The notes under the pieces: model-generated
Told to the model about the DNA's origin: nothing
What the model saw: only the letters and a program-made list of their open reading frames with translations
Database searches by the model: none
From: Deltaproteobacteria bacterium
Lineage (GTDB): Bacteria; JAGRBM01; JAHCIT01
NCBI GenBank assembly: GCA_026129095.1
Contig: JAHCIT010000001.1
Location: 62,001 to 122,244, forward strand
Length of the DNA stretch: 60,244 bases
Direction: 5' to 3'
Shown: in pieces, positions 12,698 to 25,650 of the stretch
Position numbering within the stretch: position 1 is the stretch's first letter
Layout of the letters: every line of letters starts with the position of its first letter
Program-made: the position numbers and the translations under genes

Positions 12698-14794
12698 ATG
12701 CTCTCTTCGCTCCGCTGGCTGCTCGCCTTTTCCGGCATCGGGCCGGCGTTCTTCCTGCCGGTCCCGCTGGGACTCATTACGTTCGACGAAATCCACCCTG
12801 GACGTGCCGGTATCTCACTCCTGATACACGGGGTTCTGTGGGCCTTTACCGGCGCCATTTACCTGTGGGCCCGGCGGCTGCCCGAGGGAGCCGGGATCAG
12901 GGGCGCAAGCCTGGCAGGTGTCCTGGCCTGCTACGCCATGTCCATTCACGGAATGACCTCCTGGGGCATCGACGGCGTTCCGATGCAGGTACTGGTACCT
13001 GCCATCGCCGTCTTTACCCGGATCATGCTGGACCCCCGGGACGCCCGGCTGATGGTCGGCCTTCTGATCGCCCTTTTCCTCGGTTTCACTGCTGTCGTTG
13101 TCCTCCAGCTGCCCATCTGGGCATTCGTGTTCCGCGACGGCTACTCGCCCCCGGTGCTCCCCCTGTATCACCGGATGTTCTCGGTCATTTTCGTTCTCGG
13201 CATCACGATATTCGCCTATTACTGGACAGGCCGCCTGATCCGCTCGGTAACTGCCGAACAGGCCCGCTCGCGGGATCTGGTCACGACCATGCGGACCGTC
13301 TTCGACGCATCCCCCGACGCGATCTTCGTCCTCGACCGGAATGGACTCATCATCGATACCAACGCCGCCGCGCTCAGGCTCGCGGGAGCCACCCGGCGGC
13401 CGGAACTGGTCGGGATGTCCATGCTGCGGCTTGTCGCCCCCGATCAGCAGCCCAAGGTCTGGGATCCGGTCCATCACTGCCCGCGGGTCATGAACCGGTT
13501 CGAGCGGTTCCAGTTCGGCTCCCCGGGCGATGTGCCCGCCCAGGTCGAGATCCAGATCGTCTCCCTGAACCCCGCCGACCCGGAGACGGGATTTCTGGCG
13601 ACGATCCGCGACCGACGGGACGAGGAAAAACTCCGCAGCCAGCTCCAGAAGGCGCAGCGGCTCGATTCCCTCGGGGCACTCGCCGGCGGGGTCGCCCACG
13701 ACCTCAACAACGCGCTGAACCCGATCCTCGGCTTCGCCAACCTGGAGCTGGACACCCCGGGGCTGCCTGACGAAACGCGCCAGTCGTTTGAGCTGATCCG
13801 CGACTGCGCGAGCCGCGCCACGAGCCTTTCCAAGCAGCTCCTGTCCCTTTCCCGGGGCGGTGCCCCGGAAGTGCGGTGGATCGATGCGACCGAAATCTCC
13901 CTCAACCTGATCTCGGTGCTCGACCGGGCGACGCCTCCCGGCGTCAGCGTCACGTTCGACGGACCGGAGCGGCATATCGAGGTGGAGTTTTCCGCCTCCC
14001 AGTACGAGCAGGTGCTCCTGAATCTCCTGACCAACGGGGTCGAGGCCATCGGCGACAAGGGACTGCTGCGGCTGGAGCTGTCGCTGATCGAGGGCGACCG
14101 GCTCCGCGAGGAACTGATCGGATGGGAGAGCGATTCGGCGCTCCTGATCGAGGTGACCGATTCCGGGTGCGGCATACCGGCCGACCAGGTTCCCCGCATT
14201 TTCGATCCCTTTTTCACGACCAAGGAGTCCCGGCGCGGTACCGGTCTCGGGCTTTCGGTGGTGGATCGGATCGTGACCGACCGGCGGGGACTCGTACGTG
14301 TCGAGAGCCAGCCCGGCGTGGGGTCAGTGTTCCGGGTCTACCTGCCCGGCGCACGGATGGCCGAGCCGAAGTCCGGGCCGGTACAGGCGGCCGCCCCCGG
14401 CACCGCCAGCCGGCGCCTCAGCATCCTCGCCGTGGACGATGAACCCTCAAACCTCATGCTGATCCAGAAGATCGCGGAAAAGCTGGGCGACCGGGTGCGG
14501 ACGGCCAACTCCTGCTCCGAAACGCGGGCCTATGCGGCGACGATGGGCGAGAACTTTGACCTCGTCCTGATGGACCTTCTGCTGCCGGACGGGAACGGCG
14601 CGGAACTCTACGCCGAGATCAAGCACAGCATCGGAAATCCGCGTGTGATTTTCCTGTCCGGCTATTCCCGCGAGGCCATACCCAAGCACGTGCTTGAATC
14701 GGCCGAGTTCGAGGCGTTCTTCCCCAAGCCCATCAACGTCAGCCACCTTACCGAGATGATTCACCAGTGCCGGGACCGGCGGACCCAGAGCTGA
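12698..14794 (+). CDS. Membrane hybrid sensor histidine kinase (TM region, PAS, HisKA, HATPase, receiver)
   Basis: H-box LAGGVAHDLNNAL, N-box QVLLNLLTNG, DSGCGI, FDPFFTTK, GTGLGLS; receiver AVDD/LMDLLLPD/FFPKP; about six hydrophobic N-terminal helices; ATG 12698 after AGGGAG. Confidence 0.9.
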   Translation: MLSSLRWLLAFSGIGPAFFLPVPLGLITFDEIHPGRAGISLLIHGVLWAFTGAIYLWARRLPEGAGIRGASLAGVLACYAMSIHGMTSWGIDGVPMQVLVPAIAVFTRIMLDPRDARLMVGLLIALFLGFTAVVVLQLPIWAFVFRDGYSPPVLPLYHRMFSVIFVLGITIFAYYWTGRLIRSVTAEQARSRDLVTTMRTVFDASPDAIFVLDRNGLIIDTNAAALRLAGATRRPELVGMSMLRLVAPDQQPKVWDPVHHCPRVMNRFERFQFGSPGDVPAQVEIQIVSLNPADPETGFLATIRDRRDEEKLRSQLQKAQRLDSLGALAGGVAHDLNNALNPILGFANLELDTPGLPDETRQSFELIRDCASRATSLSKQLLSLSRGGAPEVRWIDATEISLNLISVLDRATPPGVSVTFDGPERHIEVEFSASQYEQVLLNLLTNGVEAIGDKGLLRLELSLIEGDRLREELIGWESDSALLIEVTDSGCGIPADQVPRIFDPFFTTKESRRGTGLGLSVVDRIVTDRRGLVRVESQPGVGSVFRVYLPGARMAEPKSGPVQAAAPGTASRRLSILAVDDEPSNLMLIQKIAEKLGDRVRTANSCSETRAYAATMGENFDLVLMDLLLPDGNGAELYAEIKHSIGNPRVIFLSGYSREAIPKHVLESAEFEAFFPKPINVSHLTEMIHQCRDRRTQS

Positions 14795-14799
14795 AAACA

Positions 14800-14834
14800 A
14801 AAGCGGCCCGGGATCGCCGGGCCGCTCCTGTTTT
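14800..14834. terminator. Intrinsic terminator between convergent kinase and hppA
   Basis: AGCGGCCCGG-GATCG-CCGGGCCGCT stem with an upstream A tract and a downstream TTTT; a second small hairpin follows at ~14842-14860. Confidence 0.65.
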
Positions 14835-14876
14835 ATCCGACCGGCCCCTTTTGGGAGCCGTTTCGTTCCGATAAGG

Positions 14877-17168
<2,292 letters not shown>

Positions 17169-17308
17169 CCCTCTAGGGCAAAGTTAAGCCGCGTTCGCGT
17201 ATCACTTGGCCCGCAACGCGTCAAACGGCATTTAAGAATCGGTTTTTATATAATAATTCCAGCTAGTTATACTGGCATCGGGTCAGCGTATACCGGCCCT
17301 ATCCGCCT

Positions 17309-20300
17309 TCAGGCATCCTCAAACTCGCGGCAAATCCCGTGAAGCCGGTAACCGCAGTCCCGGCACGGAAGGGGCGGATTTGACCGATTTCCCGCCCCAT
17401 CCACCCCCCGGAACCGTCCGGCAAGGATATCCTCCGCGCAGCGTCCCAGAACGGCGGCAATCTCGCCGGGCCCCGGCACGGCCTCCACGGCAGTGATGAT
17501 CCCCTCGTCAATCCACGCGATGGCGGCAGTTTTCACCGGGCGGCCGGTACTCTCCAGCGCCCATTTGTACAAACCCAGTTGCAGATCATACCGTTCGGAG
17601 CGGATCTTTTCCCTTGCGCCAGCCTCCCCCCCGGCCCGGCCGGACTTGTAGTCCATGATCTCCCAGCCGTTGCCTGTATCGAACGCAAGGTCGATCGCGC
17701 CCCGGATGTCGATATCGAGGTCGGACGAACCCGGCGGCTGGTAACGGACAAGAAACTCCCACTCGCGACGAACGTCCCGAGCTCCTTCGGTGCGCGGCCG
17801 GATGGCCGACCCGTAGAAGTCGAGAGCTCGGGCGGCGGAGGCGACGATCTCCGGCAAAGCATTCTCGCGCTCGAACTCGTCAAGCTGGGACAGCTTGTGC
17901 CGGACCCAGTCCAGGTAGTCATCACCCACCGACCCAAGCTCCAGCGCACGATGCAGGAGGGTTCCGCGCAGCATCCCGCCCAGTACGGCGGGGCTGCCAT
18001 CGGTTTCCGCCGCGGACGATACCCGCGGCACGATAAACCACCGGTGCGGGGGAACCTCGAGGACATGGCGGTAGTAATATTTGAGCTCGCAGTCGAGGAA
18101 TGTCCGGAGCGAGGAGTAGTCGAGCACCACCCGGCGGCGTCCGCCGGGCGGTGCCGGGAACAGTACCGCCGGGCTGGCGGCGGCCGCCCTGGCGAAACGG
18201 TCCTCGATGCCGGGGAAACGGTCGCTGACGGCTGCCGTGCCGGCGGCGGCATAGGCAGAGAGCGGACGAAGCTGCACGAGGCAGGTTTCCGTGCCAAAAG
18301 CGGCCTCGCGTGTTTCTTCCTCTCCGTCCGCTTCCGGGCCAAATGCGAACCGCAGATGCGCCGCCGGACCACCCGGCGCGCTCGACAGGAAGACGAGCGC
18401 CTTTCTGGCGCGGGTAGCCGCCACGTAGAAAATCCTCAGATCCTCGGCGGCTTCGCGGCCATCCTTCAAGGGACCAGCCGCCAGGAAATCCGCCGGTTTG
18501 AGCGGATTCTCGCCGGGGCCCGGCGGAACCCCGAATGCCGGAACCTCCCTCCTGTCACCTGCCGGATGCCAGCGGATGTCAATGCCTCCCTTGTTTCCCC
18601 CCAACTGCGTGCCACAAAACGGAAGCATCACCACATCAAACTCGAGCCCCTTGGCCCCATGAATGGTGATAAGCGCCACCCGGTCGTCGCCGTCGCCCCA
18701 GGCGGCCGACGGCTCGCTCACCGCATCACCCGCCTCCAGATGCCGGTTCAGTTCACGCAAAATCTGTACGGCGCCAAGGCCTTCGGCTTCCCGGGCCCGC
18801 ACCCAGTCGAGAAACTTCTCCAGATTGGCCAGACGGGCAGGCCCTCCCAATCCGGCCCCGAAGGCCGCCCGGACGGCCAGTTTCCCGATGAGCAGCTCCA
18901 GCGCGCTCACGCAACCCGAAACCTGGAGCACCTGCCGGGCAGCCTTCATCGCGCCAGTCACCTGCCTGAGCTGGCTGGCCGCATTTCCCGGCGACCGGCG
19001 CTCGAGTTCCGACACGATATACTCCAGATCCCCGCCACCCTCTGATCGCATCCACCGGTCAAACCGGCGGGCCGGATCGAGCGAGGCGAAACGGTCGTCA
19101 GGGTTCTTCAGCACCGACATGGCGAAGATTGCGTCGAGCGGCAGCGCAGCTACCGGCGATATCCAGAAGGCAAGCAGGCTGGCTCCCGTGATGGGCGACA
19201 CCAGGACCGAAAGGGCTGCACCCAGGTCGGCCACCTCCTGCGAGCCGAAGAAGCCACCCTCGGCCCGGCGATGGCAGGGGATCCCCGCCTCCAGAAGCCT
19301 GGCTTCCACCTTCGAGATCTGGGCATGGGACCGGCAGATGACAGCGCACTTGCTCCAGGGAACCGGATCGATTCCGCCGGAGCCCGAATGCAGTTCCTTC
19401 AGCCGCAAGGCAAGGGCCCGGAGCTCGGCCGCCTCCGCTCCACCCCGGTCAGCAAGGCCTGCCGGATCCGGGCAGCCGATCCACTCCACAAGACCGCCGG
19501 GTCCGGTATGACCGTCCACCGGGTCAAGCGGCTGGCGGCGGGCCTCGAAGGGCCGTGGATTCTCGCTGCCGTCCGGCATGGCAATGGAGAAAATGCGGTT
19601 AAGCGCCAGCAGTACGTTCCGCTGCGCACGAAAACTCTTGCAGAGGGTTGTCCGGGCATCCCCCTCCCCGGACTGATGACCCTTGTGGCTCACATTCAGC
19701 TCGCCCAAGCGGCCGATCGCCTCGGAAAAGACCGTCACGTCGGCCCGGCGGAAGGCATAGATCGACTGTTTTTCGTCGCCGACGAGGAACACGTCGGCGT
19801 CCTTATCCAGGTTTTCGATAATGAACGACAGGAACTGCCACTGGACCGGCGAGGTATCCTGAAACTCGTCAACGAGCAGGTGGCTGATGGACCGGGCGAT
19901 ACGCCTGCGGGCAGCGGCACTGTGGCGGAGGATCTTCCCGAACTCCACTTCGAGATCGTCAAAGTCGAGCGTGGAAATCCCGCGTCCCTGCCGCCGCCTC
20001 CAACGGTACCAGTCGCGGACAACGATACGGACATTGTCACGATCTTCTGCTTCGAGGCGGCTGACCGCAGCCTCGGGCGATTCATCCTCCCTCTTCAGAG
20101 CGGTGAGCGACTCCGGCCATTCTTTTTTCGTTTTTTTCGGGACAGCCGGGAACCACAGTTTGATTTCGTCCAGAAGCTGGACGACCTGCTGGTAGTCGGC
20201 CTCGTTCCGAAACCACTTCGTTTCTGCATTAATTACACCGCCACCTTCCAGGATCAGCCCGCACAGTGCTCCGAACGCCGCGTTCTGGTCCGGCCCCGGC

Positions 20301-21160
20301 CCGGCCCCGAAGAACCGGCCAAGTGCCGAGGCCAGTAGCGGCCCCGCCTTGCGTATCTTGGCGTTGCCTGTTGTTTTACATCGCTCCCTGTCCGCAACGA
20401 TCGCTTTAAATGCGGCGGAGAGCCGGTTCACCCAGTCCCGGTACGGACCCGGCGTCGTGAGCGCCCGGTATAACCGGCCCTGCTGCTGTTCACGGACAAA
20501 GCTGGCCAGCGCTTCAACGCCGGGCTCCGTTGCGGATATCGCGCCATCTTCCGATATCCACGATCCCACGAGTTCACGCCGGAGATCGAGCGCGTCCATC
20601 AGCTTCGCCAGCCTCGGCGGCTCCCACCGGGCAAGCAGGTGCCGGGCCGCAGCGACCGCATCCTTATCCGTCTCCGGATGGCGGCGTTCGGGATCGAGCA
20701 GTTCAGCCAGATACGGGGCCGCGCCGGTAGTTTGCTCGTCGCGGAGCTTTTCCTCGACTGAAAAGCCGGGGTCTATGTCGCCGTCCAGCGCCAGCTGGCG
20801 GAGCATCCGTGCGGCGAGGCTGTGCAGTGTGGAAATGCGGGCATCCGGCAGGCGCTCAAGCAGAGCGAGCCATCCCGTCCGGTCTTCAGCGCCGGTGGAA
20901 GCCCTGAGCTTCCTGTATATCTCCCGGCGAATGCGGCTGCGGATCTCTCCGGCCGCCTCCTTGGTAAACGTGACGGCGACGATCCGGCCAAGGGCCTCCA
21001 CCCGCCTTTCCGGCGGAGTCTGTTCCAGTATCCGCACGATCCGGCCAGTCAGCACGAGGGTTTTTCCCGAACCTGCCCCGGCACTCACCCCCAGGTGGCG
21101 GCCGGGAGTCATGGCCGTCTCCTGTTCCTCAATCGAGAACCGCCTGTCGCTGGCGTTCAT
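17309..21160 (-). CDS. addA: AddA-like UvrD helicase with C-terminal RecB-family nuclease
   Basis: SAGAGSGKT, VTFTKEAA, STLHS, LVDEFQDTS, VGDEKQSIYAFR, TIHGAKGLEF, YVAATRAR; nuclease GAIDL...DYKSG...QLGLY. Confidence 0.88.
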   Translation of the reverse strand: MNASDRRFSIEEQETAMTPGRHLGVSAGAGSGKTLVLTGRIVRILEQTPPERRVEALGRIVAVTFTKEAAGEIRSRIRREIYRKLRASTGAEDRTGWLALLERLPDARISTLHSLAARMLRQLALDGDIDPGFSVEEKLRDEQTTGAAPYLAELLDPERRHPETDKDAVAAARHLLARWEPPRLAKLMDALDLRRELVGSWISEDGAISATEPGVEALASFVREQQQGRLYRALTTPGPYRDWVNRLSAAFKAIVADRERCKTTGNAKIRKAGPLLASALGRFFGAGPGPDQNAAFGALCGLILEGGGVINAETKWFRNEADYQQVVQLLDEIKLWFPAVPKKTKKEWPESLTALKREDESPEAAVSRLEAEDRDNVRIVVRDWYRWRRRQGRGISTLDFDDLEVEFGKILRHSAAARRRIARSISHLLVDEFQDTSPVQWQFLSFIIENLDKDADVFLVGDEKQSIYAFRRADVTVFSEAIGRLGELNVSHKGHQSGEGDARTTLCKSFRAQRNVLLALNRIFSIAMPDGSENPRPFEARRQPLDPVDGHTGPGGLVEWIGCPDPAGLADRGGAEAAELRALALRLKELHSGSGGIDPVPWSKCAVICRSHAQISKVEARLLEAGIPCHRRAEGGFFGSQEVADLGAALSVLVSPITGASLLAFWISPVAALPLDAIFAMSVLKNPDDRFASLDPARRFDRWMRSEGGGDLEYIVSELERRSPGNAASQLRQVTGAMKAARQVLQVSGCVSALELLIGKLAVRAAFGAGLGGPARLANLEKFLDWVRAREAEGLGAVQILRELNRHLEAGDAVSEPSAAWGDGDDRVALITIHGAKGLEFDVVMLPFCGTQLGGNKGGIDIRWHPAGDRREVPAFGVPPGPGENPLKPADFLAAGPLKDGREAAEDLRIFYVAATRARKALVFLSSAPGGPAAHLRFAFGPEADGEEETREAAFGTETCLVQLRPLSAYAAAGTAAVSDRFPGIEDRFARAAAASPAVLFPAPPGGRRRVVLDYSSLRTFLDCELKYYYRHVLEVPPHRWFIVPRVSSAAETDGSPAVLGGMLRGTLLHRALELGSVGDDYLDWVRHKLSQLDEFERENALPEIVASAARALDFYGSAIRPRTEGARDVRREWEFLVRYQPPGSSDLDIDIRGAIDLAFDTGNGWEIMDYKSGRAGGEAGAREKIRSERYDLQLGLYKWALESTGRPVKTAAIAWIDEGIITAVEAVPGPGEIAAVLGRCAEDILAGRFRGVDGAGNRSNPPLPCRDCGYRLHGICREFEDA

Positions 21161-24100
21161 GCATCATCTCCAGATGCGTCGCCCGCTGCGGCCGGCGCAT
21201 CCCATGACGGCAGCACGCCGTATCGTTCCCGGTCCCCGTTACGAATTTCGCGCAACTGTTCATCGCGGTGGCAGGCCGCTTTCAGATGGCAGTAGCCGCA
21301 CCTCGCCTCGGCCTCCTTGAGCGGCGTGGTCGTGAACGAGCCGGACTCCACCAGCCGGGCGATCTGCCGGGCCCTGTCGAGATAGCGCTGCTCAAGGGCA
21401 GGAAGATCCATGGCCAGCTTGCCAACACCCGTCCGCGAGCCCTCCCGGCCAAATACCATGCGGTCTTCCGCGCACATCAGGGGATCGGTCACCTTCGTTT
21501 CGGGCAGCCGGAGGCTGTAGTAACCGCCGCCCAGCCAGTTGCCGCCACCCGTTGCCTCTTCCCCCAGAAGCACACGGGCCGCTGCCGCATAGACCGGAAG
21601 CTGGAAGGCCAGCCCCCTGGTCAGCTCCTTTTCTCCGGCTCCGGCCCTGCCCGTCTTGTAGTCGAAGATGAAAAAACCGCGGCCGGGGACGGTATCCACC
21701 CGGTCGATGGCGCCGCTGAACCTGAGCCCCGCCCATTCAAACGGCCCGGAACCGGCCCTCCCGAACTCCAGTTCGACCGCTACGGGCCTCGAATAGGGTG
21801 CGATCTGCGACTCGTATACGAGGAAACGGTCCAGTATCCGGCGGGACCGGTCCTGCTCGATCTCCCATGCCTCGCCGTGAAAAGTGCGGGAGAGTCCCTC
21901 GGTTTTTGCCTTGAAAATCGCCATCAGCCGGGGGCGAACGGCATCAGCCCAGTCCGGGCTCCCACGGCGATCCAGCACTTCGGGATCACGATAGAACTCC
22001 TCAAGAACCTCATGGATCAGCGTGCCGCGCTCCATCGGCGTGGGCCCGGATGTCCGCTCCTGGCGTTCGCGGGCTCCAAGCCGCGTGACGGCAAGATAGA
22101 AAAACGGACACCGGGCATATTCGCCAAGCCGCGACGGCGACAGGGGACGGTCGCGGAGCATGGCGGCCAGTTCCTCCCGGAAAGCCCCGCTCACCCGGTG
22201 TGTGGCTGTCCTCTGAAGCGCGGCAGCGGGATCCAGCGATGGCTCGGCCACCAGCAACTGTTCCGGCCAGCGGGATGGCAGTTCAGGGAACAGGACGGCC
22301 CTTGCCGTTTCTGGCCAGTCCGGCCGGTTTCCGTATTCAGCCTCGAAACCCGACAGCCAGGCTGCCGACTGGCGGACCAGGCTGTTCCAGTGCGATATGG
22401 AAGGCAGCCCGGCACCCACCAGCCGCTCGCTGATGATCCAGACCGGAGAACTCATCACGGCCCTGCGGTCACTGTCCCGCCGCGGAGCGGAAAGATACAC
22501 CGGACCCGCCGTTTCGATCAGTGCCAGTCCCAGCCGCGACCAGGCCAGATCTGCCCCGCTCGTCCCGGCGTCCAGGCCGAGACGGCGGCGGGCGTCAGGA
22601 CTCCCCCACACGGGATCAGGTTCCCGGCCGGGAAAGGACTCTTCGGAAAGGCCGGTCCACTCCAGATGCCGGAGGCAGAGACCCGGTATGTCCCGGGGCG
22701 ACAGCACCCGCACGGCCTTGGCAGAAGGAACATGCTCCGGCACGGCGGCCGTGTGAAGCAGCTCGTCCAGATCGGCGGCCCAGTCCCTTAAGGGGCGTTC
22801 CCCGATGGCGAGACGCTCGGAATCCGCGACCGCACCGGCCAGCGTATCGAACAGCCGGGTAAGCCCTGAAAAGGACCGGTGAAGCGCAGCGGCATCCTCC
22901 GGGCCATTCCCGGAGAGCTGCGCCAGCCGCCGGGATACGCGGGCGTTCCAGATCACCCGTTCAAGCCAGTACGCAAACCGGCGGGCCGTGACCGGTTCCT
23001 GCGGCCGTATGCCCAGACACCCCTGTTCCATGCGCCCGGCGGCCGAAAGCCCAGACAAGCCCATGAACAGGCGGCCAAGCGCCTCCGCCGCCCGGAGAAT
23101 GGGCAGGTCGTTCCAGCCAGACCGGGCGCCGTTCTCTTTCGCCCGTGCCGCAGCGGCAAGCTGCTGCAACCGGGGCAACCACAGGTGCCAGCCGCCCTGC
23201 GCTCTCGCCTGGTCGAAGGCTTCGTCAAAATCCCTCAGAAGTGCCGGCCCAACCCGCCGGGGCTGGACCGCCGCCGCTTCATCAGCAGCCGTGGCGGTGC
23301 CTGCCAAATCCCAGTTCACCAGCGGGTGCGAAAGGAAATCCATGAGCGGCTCCGGCTCAAATCCCGAGCCGAGCGCTGCCAGAAACGACACCACCGCCCG
23401 GCCTGGTTCGGTTTCCGCCACTGTCCGGGCACGTGCGATCTCGACCGGGAACCCATACCGCCGGGCGATGCCTTCGACCTGTGCCGAAAGCGCATCGGGA
23501 TTGGTCAGGACAATCCCTGCCTCCTGCGGATGGATTTCACCCGCATCCAGCCGCCGGCGTATCCGCTCGCAGGCTGCGTGCAGTTCATCGGCAGGTGTTC
23601 CCTCGGCCTGGCCGGCGAACACGGCCGCATTGCTGGCGGCGATCTCGCCTTCAGCCAGAGGATCCAGAAGTGCCTCGCGGTCCGGATTCCAGGCGCCTTC
23701 CGCGGCCGGAAGTTCCGTCCAGTGGCCAAACGCCCGGAACCGGTCGAGGATTCTGCCAGTCGCACGCCAGGCCGGGAGCCGGGCCAGTTCCGCCTTGCTG
23801 GCCTGCGACGGGAGCATGGGAATTTCCACCTGAACGCCGGAACCAGCGGTAGCGAGCGCATCCAGCAGTTCCACGAAACCAGGAGAGGTCTCCGCGCCCA
23901 GTTCCACCCGGACGGCCGTGAACGGAGCAGCCGCCTTCCCCTGCCTCACCCACCGGGACAGCCGCCATTCCAGCGCAGGTGCGAAGACCAGCCGGTGCCG
24001 CTCCAGTTCGCCGTACCATCCGGCAAGAACCGGCAGCCAGGTACGGTCATCCCCATGCGGATCCGCCAGGGCGGACTGTATGGCCGCTGGAGAATCGAAC

Positions 24101-24489
24101 CCGGCTTCAGCCAGCTCGGCGAAAAATCTCAACAGCAGCCTGCGGGAACCCCCATGGGCCCGGAGGGACTTCAGGTGGGCCCCGGGCTCCGTGTCTGCAG
24201 CAAAAAGATTTTCCACCACCCGCTCCAGCGCGAGCCGGGCAGCGAACGGACCGGCGATCATCCAGTCCGGCGGCGCGACCGACTCGGCGAACTGACGCGG
24301 TGTGAACAGGCGCACCGGCAGCGCCCCATTACGGGCGAGAAAATATTCCTCCACCTGACGGCGGCGGTGGATCGTCGGGAAGACGAACGCCACCTGGCCG
24401 CCGGACAGGAGTTCCGGAGGAAACTCGCCGGACCAGATTCCAGGGGTATCGGTCCCCGGCGGGACGATGCGATAGGTGCCTTTGGGCAT
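21157..24489 (-). CDS. addB: AddB-like inactive helicase with PD-(D/E)XK Fe-S nuclease
   Basis: SPSRLGEYARCPFFY, ERGTLIHEVLE, GAIDRVD...DYKTG...QLPVY, CGYCHLKAAC; 4-bp ATGA overlap with addA. Start 24489 or 24531. Confidence 0.82.
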   Translation of the reverse strand: MPKGTYRIVPPGTDTPGIWSGEFPPELLSGGQVAFVFPTIHRRRQVEEYFLARNGALPVRLFTPRQFAESVAPPDWMIAGPFAARLALERVVENLFAADTEPGAHLKSLRAHGGSRRLLLRFFAELAEAGFDSPAAIQSALADPHGDDRTWLPVLAGWYGELERHRLVFAPALEWRLSRWVRQGKAAAPFTAVRVELGAETSPGFVELLDALATAGSGVQVEIPMLPSQASKAELARLPAWRATGRILDRFRAFGHWTELPAAEGAWNPDREALLDPLAEGEIAASNAAVFAGQAEGTPADELHAACERIRRRLDAGEIHPQEAGIVLTNPDALSAQVEGIARRYGFPVEIARARTVAETEPGRAVVSFLAALGSGFEPEPLMDFLSHPLVNWDLAGTATAADEAAAVQPRRVGPALLRDFDEAFDQARAQGGWHLWLPRLQQLAAAARAKENGARSGWNDLPILRAAEALGRLFMGLSGLSAAGRMEQGCLGIRPQEPVTARRFAYWLERVIWNARVSRRLAQLSGNGPEDAAALHRSFSGLTRLFDTLAGAVADSERLAIGERPLRDWAADLDELLHTAAVPEHVPSAKAVRVLSPRDIPGLCLRHLEWTGLSEESFPGREPDPVWGSPDARRRLGLDAGTSGADLAWSRLGLALIETAGPVYLSAPRRDSDRRAVMSSPVWIISERLVGAGLPSISHWNSLVRQSAAWLSGFEAEYGNRPDWPETARAVLFPELPSRWPEQLLVAEPSLDPAAALQRTATHRVSGAFREELAAMLRDRPLSPSRLGEYARCPFFYLAVTRLGARERQERTSGPTPMERGTLIHEVLEEFYRDPEVLDRRGSPDWADAVRPRLMAIFKAKTEGLSRTFHGEAWEIEQDRSRRILDRFLVYESQIAPYSRPVAVELEFGRAGSGPFEWAGLRFSGAIDRVDTVPGRGFFIFDYKTGRAGAGEKELTRGLAFQLPVYAAAARVLLGEEATGGGNWLGGGYYSLRLPETKVTDPLMCAEDRMVFGREGSRTGVGKLAMDLPALEQRYLDRARQIARLVESGSFTTTPLKEAEARCGYCHLKAACHRDEQLREIRNGDRERYGVLPSWDAPAAAGDASGDDA

Positions 24490-24750
24490 ATAACCTTGAC
24501 TGCCCTCCCTGTTTAATCCTTGCATGGGCATATGTCAGGACGTGACACAGCACTTGTGGCGGCAGTCCCAAAGTGGACATAAACGGCTGATATAACTCGT
24601 TTTTTTCAGACCAAATATCCGATTGACCGCCCCCATCAATATCATTAAATTGGCTCAAGCTCTTCGGAGGCTGACCCCGGAGTGCTTGCCGGAATGGCCA
24701 GCAGGCGTCTCCCGGCCCGGGTTCCCCAGCCAGAGGTTCATTCCACGGAC

Positions 24751-25644
24751 ATGTTTGAGAACATCTTCAAGGAGGAAGCGGCGCTTTCGCTGGTTCCGCT
24801 CATCCTCGCCAACAGTCTCATCATCGGTGCCTGCTGCGTTTACGCTATCAAGCGGTACGTCCTCAACCAGGAAAAGAAGTCCAACCGGATCGCCGCCAAG
24901 AACCGCAAGGAGAGCGCCATGCTGTCGAGCTTCTGGCGCGACTACTGGCACTGGTTGACCGAGCCGGTCGAGCGGTTCCTGATCCGTATCCATGCGACCC
25001 CGAACGGAATCACTACCTTCGGTGTCGTGCTGTCCCTCGGCGCAGCCGCCGCCTATTACCTTGGCCACGTGGGGACGGCAGGCTACCTCGTCATCTTCAG
25101 CGGCACCTGCGACATGTTTGACGGCCGGGTGGCCCGCGCCACGGGGCAGGAAACCAAGTCCGGCGCCTATTACGATTCGGTCATGGACCGGGTGGGCGAA
25201 GCCGTCGTGATGATCGGTATTGCCAGCTATTTCATGAACCACTGGATGTTCTGGGTGACGTCGGCCACGCTCATGGGCTCGCTGCTCGTCTCCTATACCA
25301 AGGCACGGGGTGAAGGGATGGGCGTGGACTGCAATGTCGGCATGATGCAGCGGCCTGAGCGAATCATGTATCTGGCCACGGCCTCACTGTTCGACCCGGT
25401 GTTCAAGGATCTCATCGCGCCACTGTTCGGCATGCGGACAGACGTCCACTACCTGCTGATCCTCATCGTCATCGTCATGGCGATCTTCACCAACATCTCG
25501 TGGATCGAGCGGATGGTCTATATCTACCGTGAGCTGGAATCCCGGCCCGGCAACAACATATCGGCTGCCCGTGCCGCCGCGACGGAAACCCCGCCGCCCG
25601 CTGCCGCCGAGCCGGTCCCCGCAGTGACTTCCAAGCAGGGCTGA
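24751..25644 (+). CDS. CDP-alcohol phosphatidyltransferase family protein
   Basis: TPNGIT, CDMFDGRVARATG...GAYYDSVMDRVGE, SLLVSYTKARGE, GMMQRPER. Confidence 0.9.
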   Translation: MFENIFKEEAALSLVPLILANSLIIGACCVYAIKRYVLNQEKKSNRIAAKNRKESAMLSSFWRDYWHWLTEPVERFLIRIHATPNGITTFGVVLSLGAAAAYYLGHVGTAGYLVIFSGTCDMFDGRVARATGQETKSGAYYDSVMDRVGEAVVMIGIASYFMNHWMFWVTSATLMGSLLVSYTKARGEGMGVDCNVGMMQRPERIMYLATASLFDPVFKDLIAPLFGMRTDVHYLLILIVIVMAIFTNISWIERMVYIYRELESRPGNNISAARAAATETPPPAAAEPVPAVTSKQG

Positions 25645-25650
25645 AATGTC

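Noticed and set aside
21157-22150. Cas4-like nuclease suggesting CRISPR-Cas
   Set aside because: It is the C-terminal domain of AddB; I saw no cas genes or repeat-spacer array in the window.
24533-24547. TGTCA-N5-TGACA dyad between addB and the phosphatidyltransferase gene
   Set aside because: Arms of only 5 bp are expected by chance, and I noticed no second copy.
17240-24660. addBA region as a horizontally acquired island or defence system (weaker codon bias, AT-rich flanks)
   Set aside because: addAB is a low-expression housekeeping repair locus. There is no integrase, att repeat or accessory gene, and the AT-rich flanks are explained by promoter regions.
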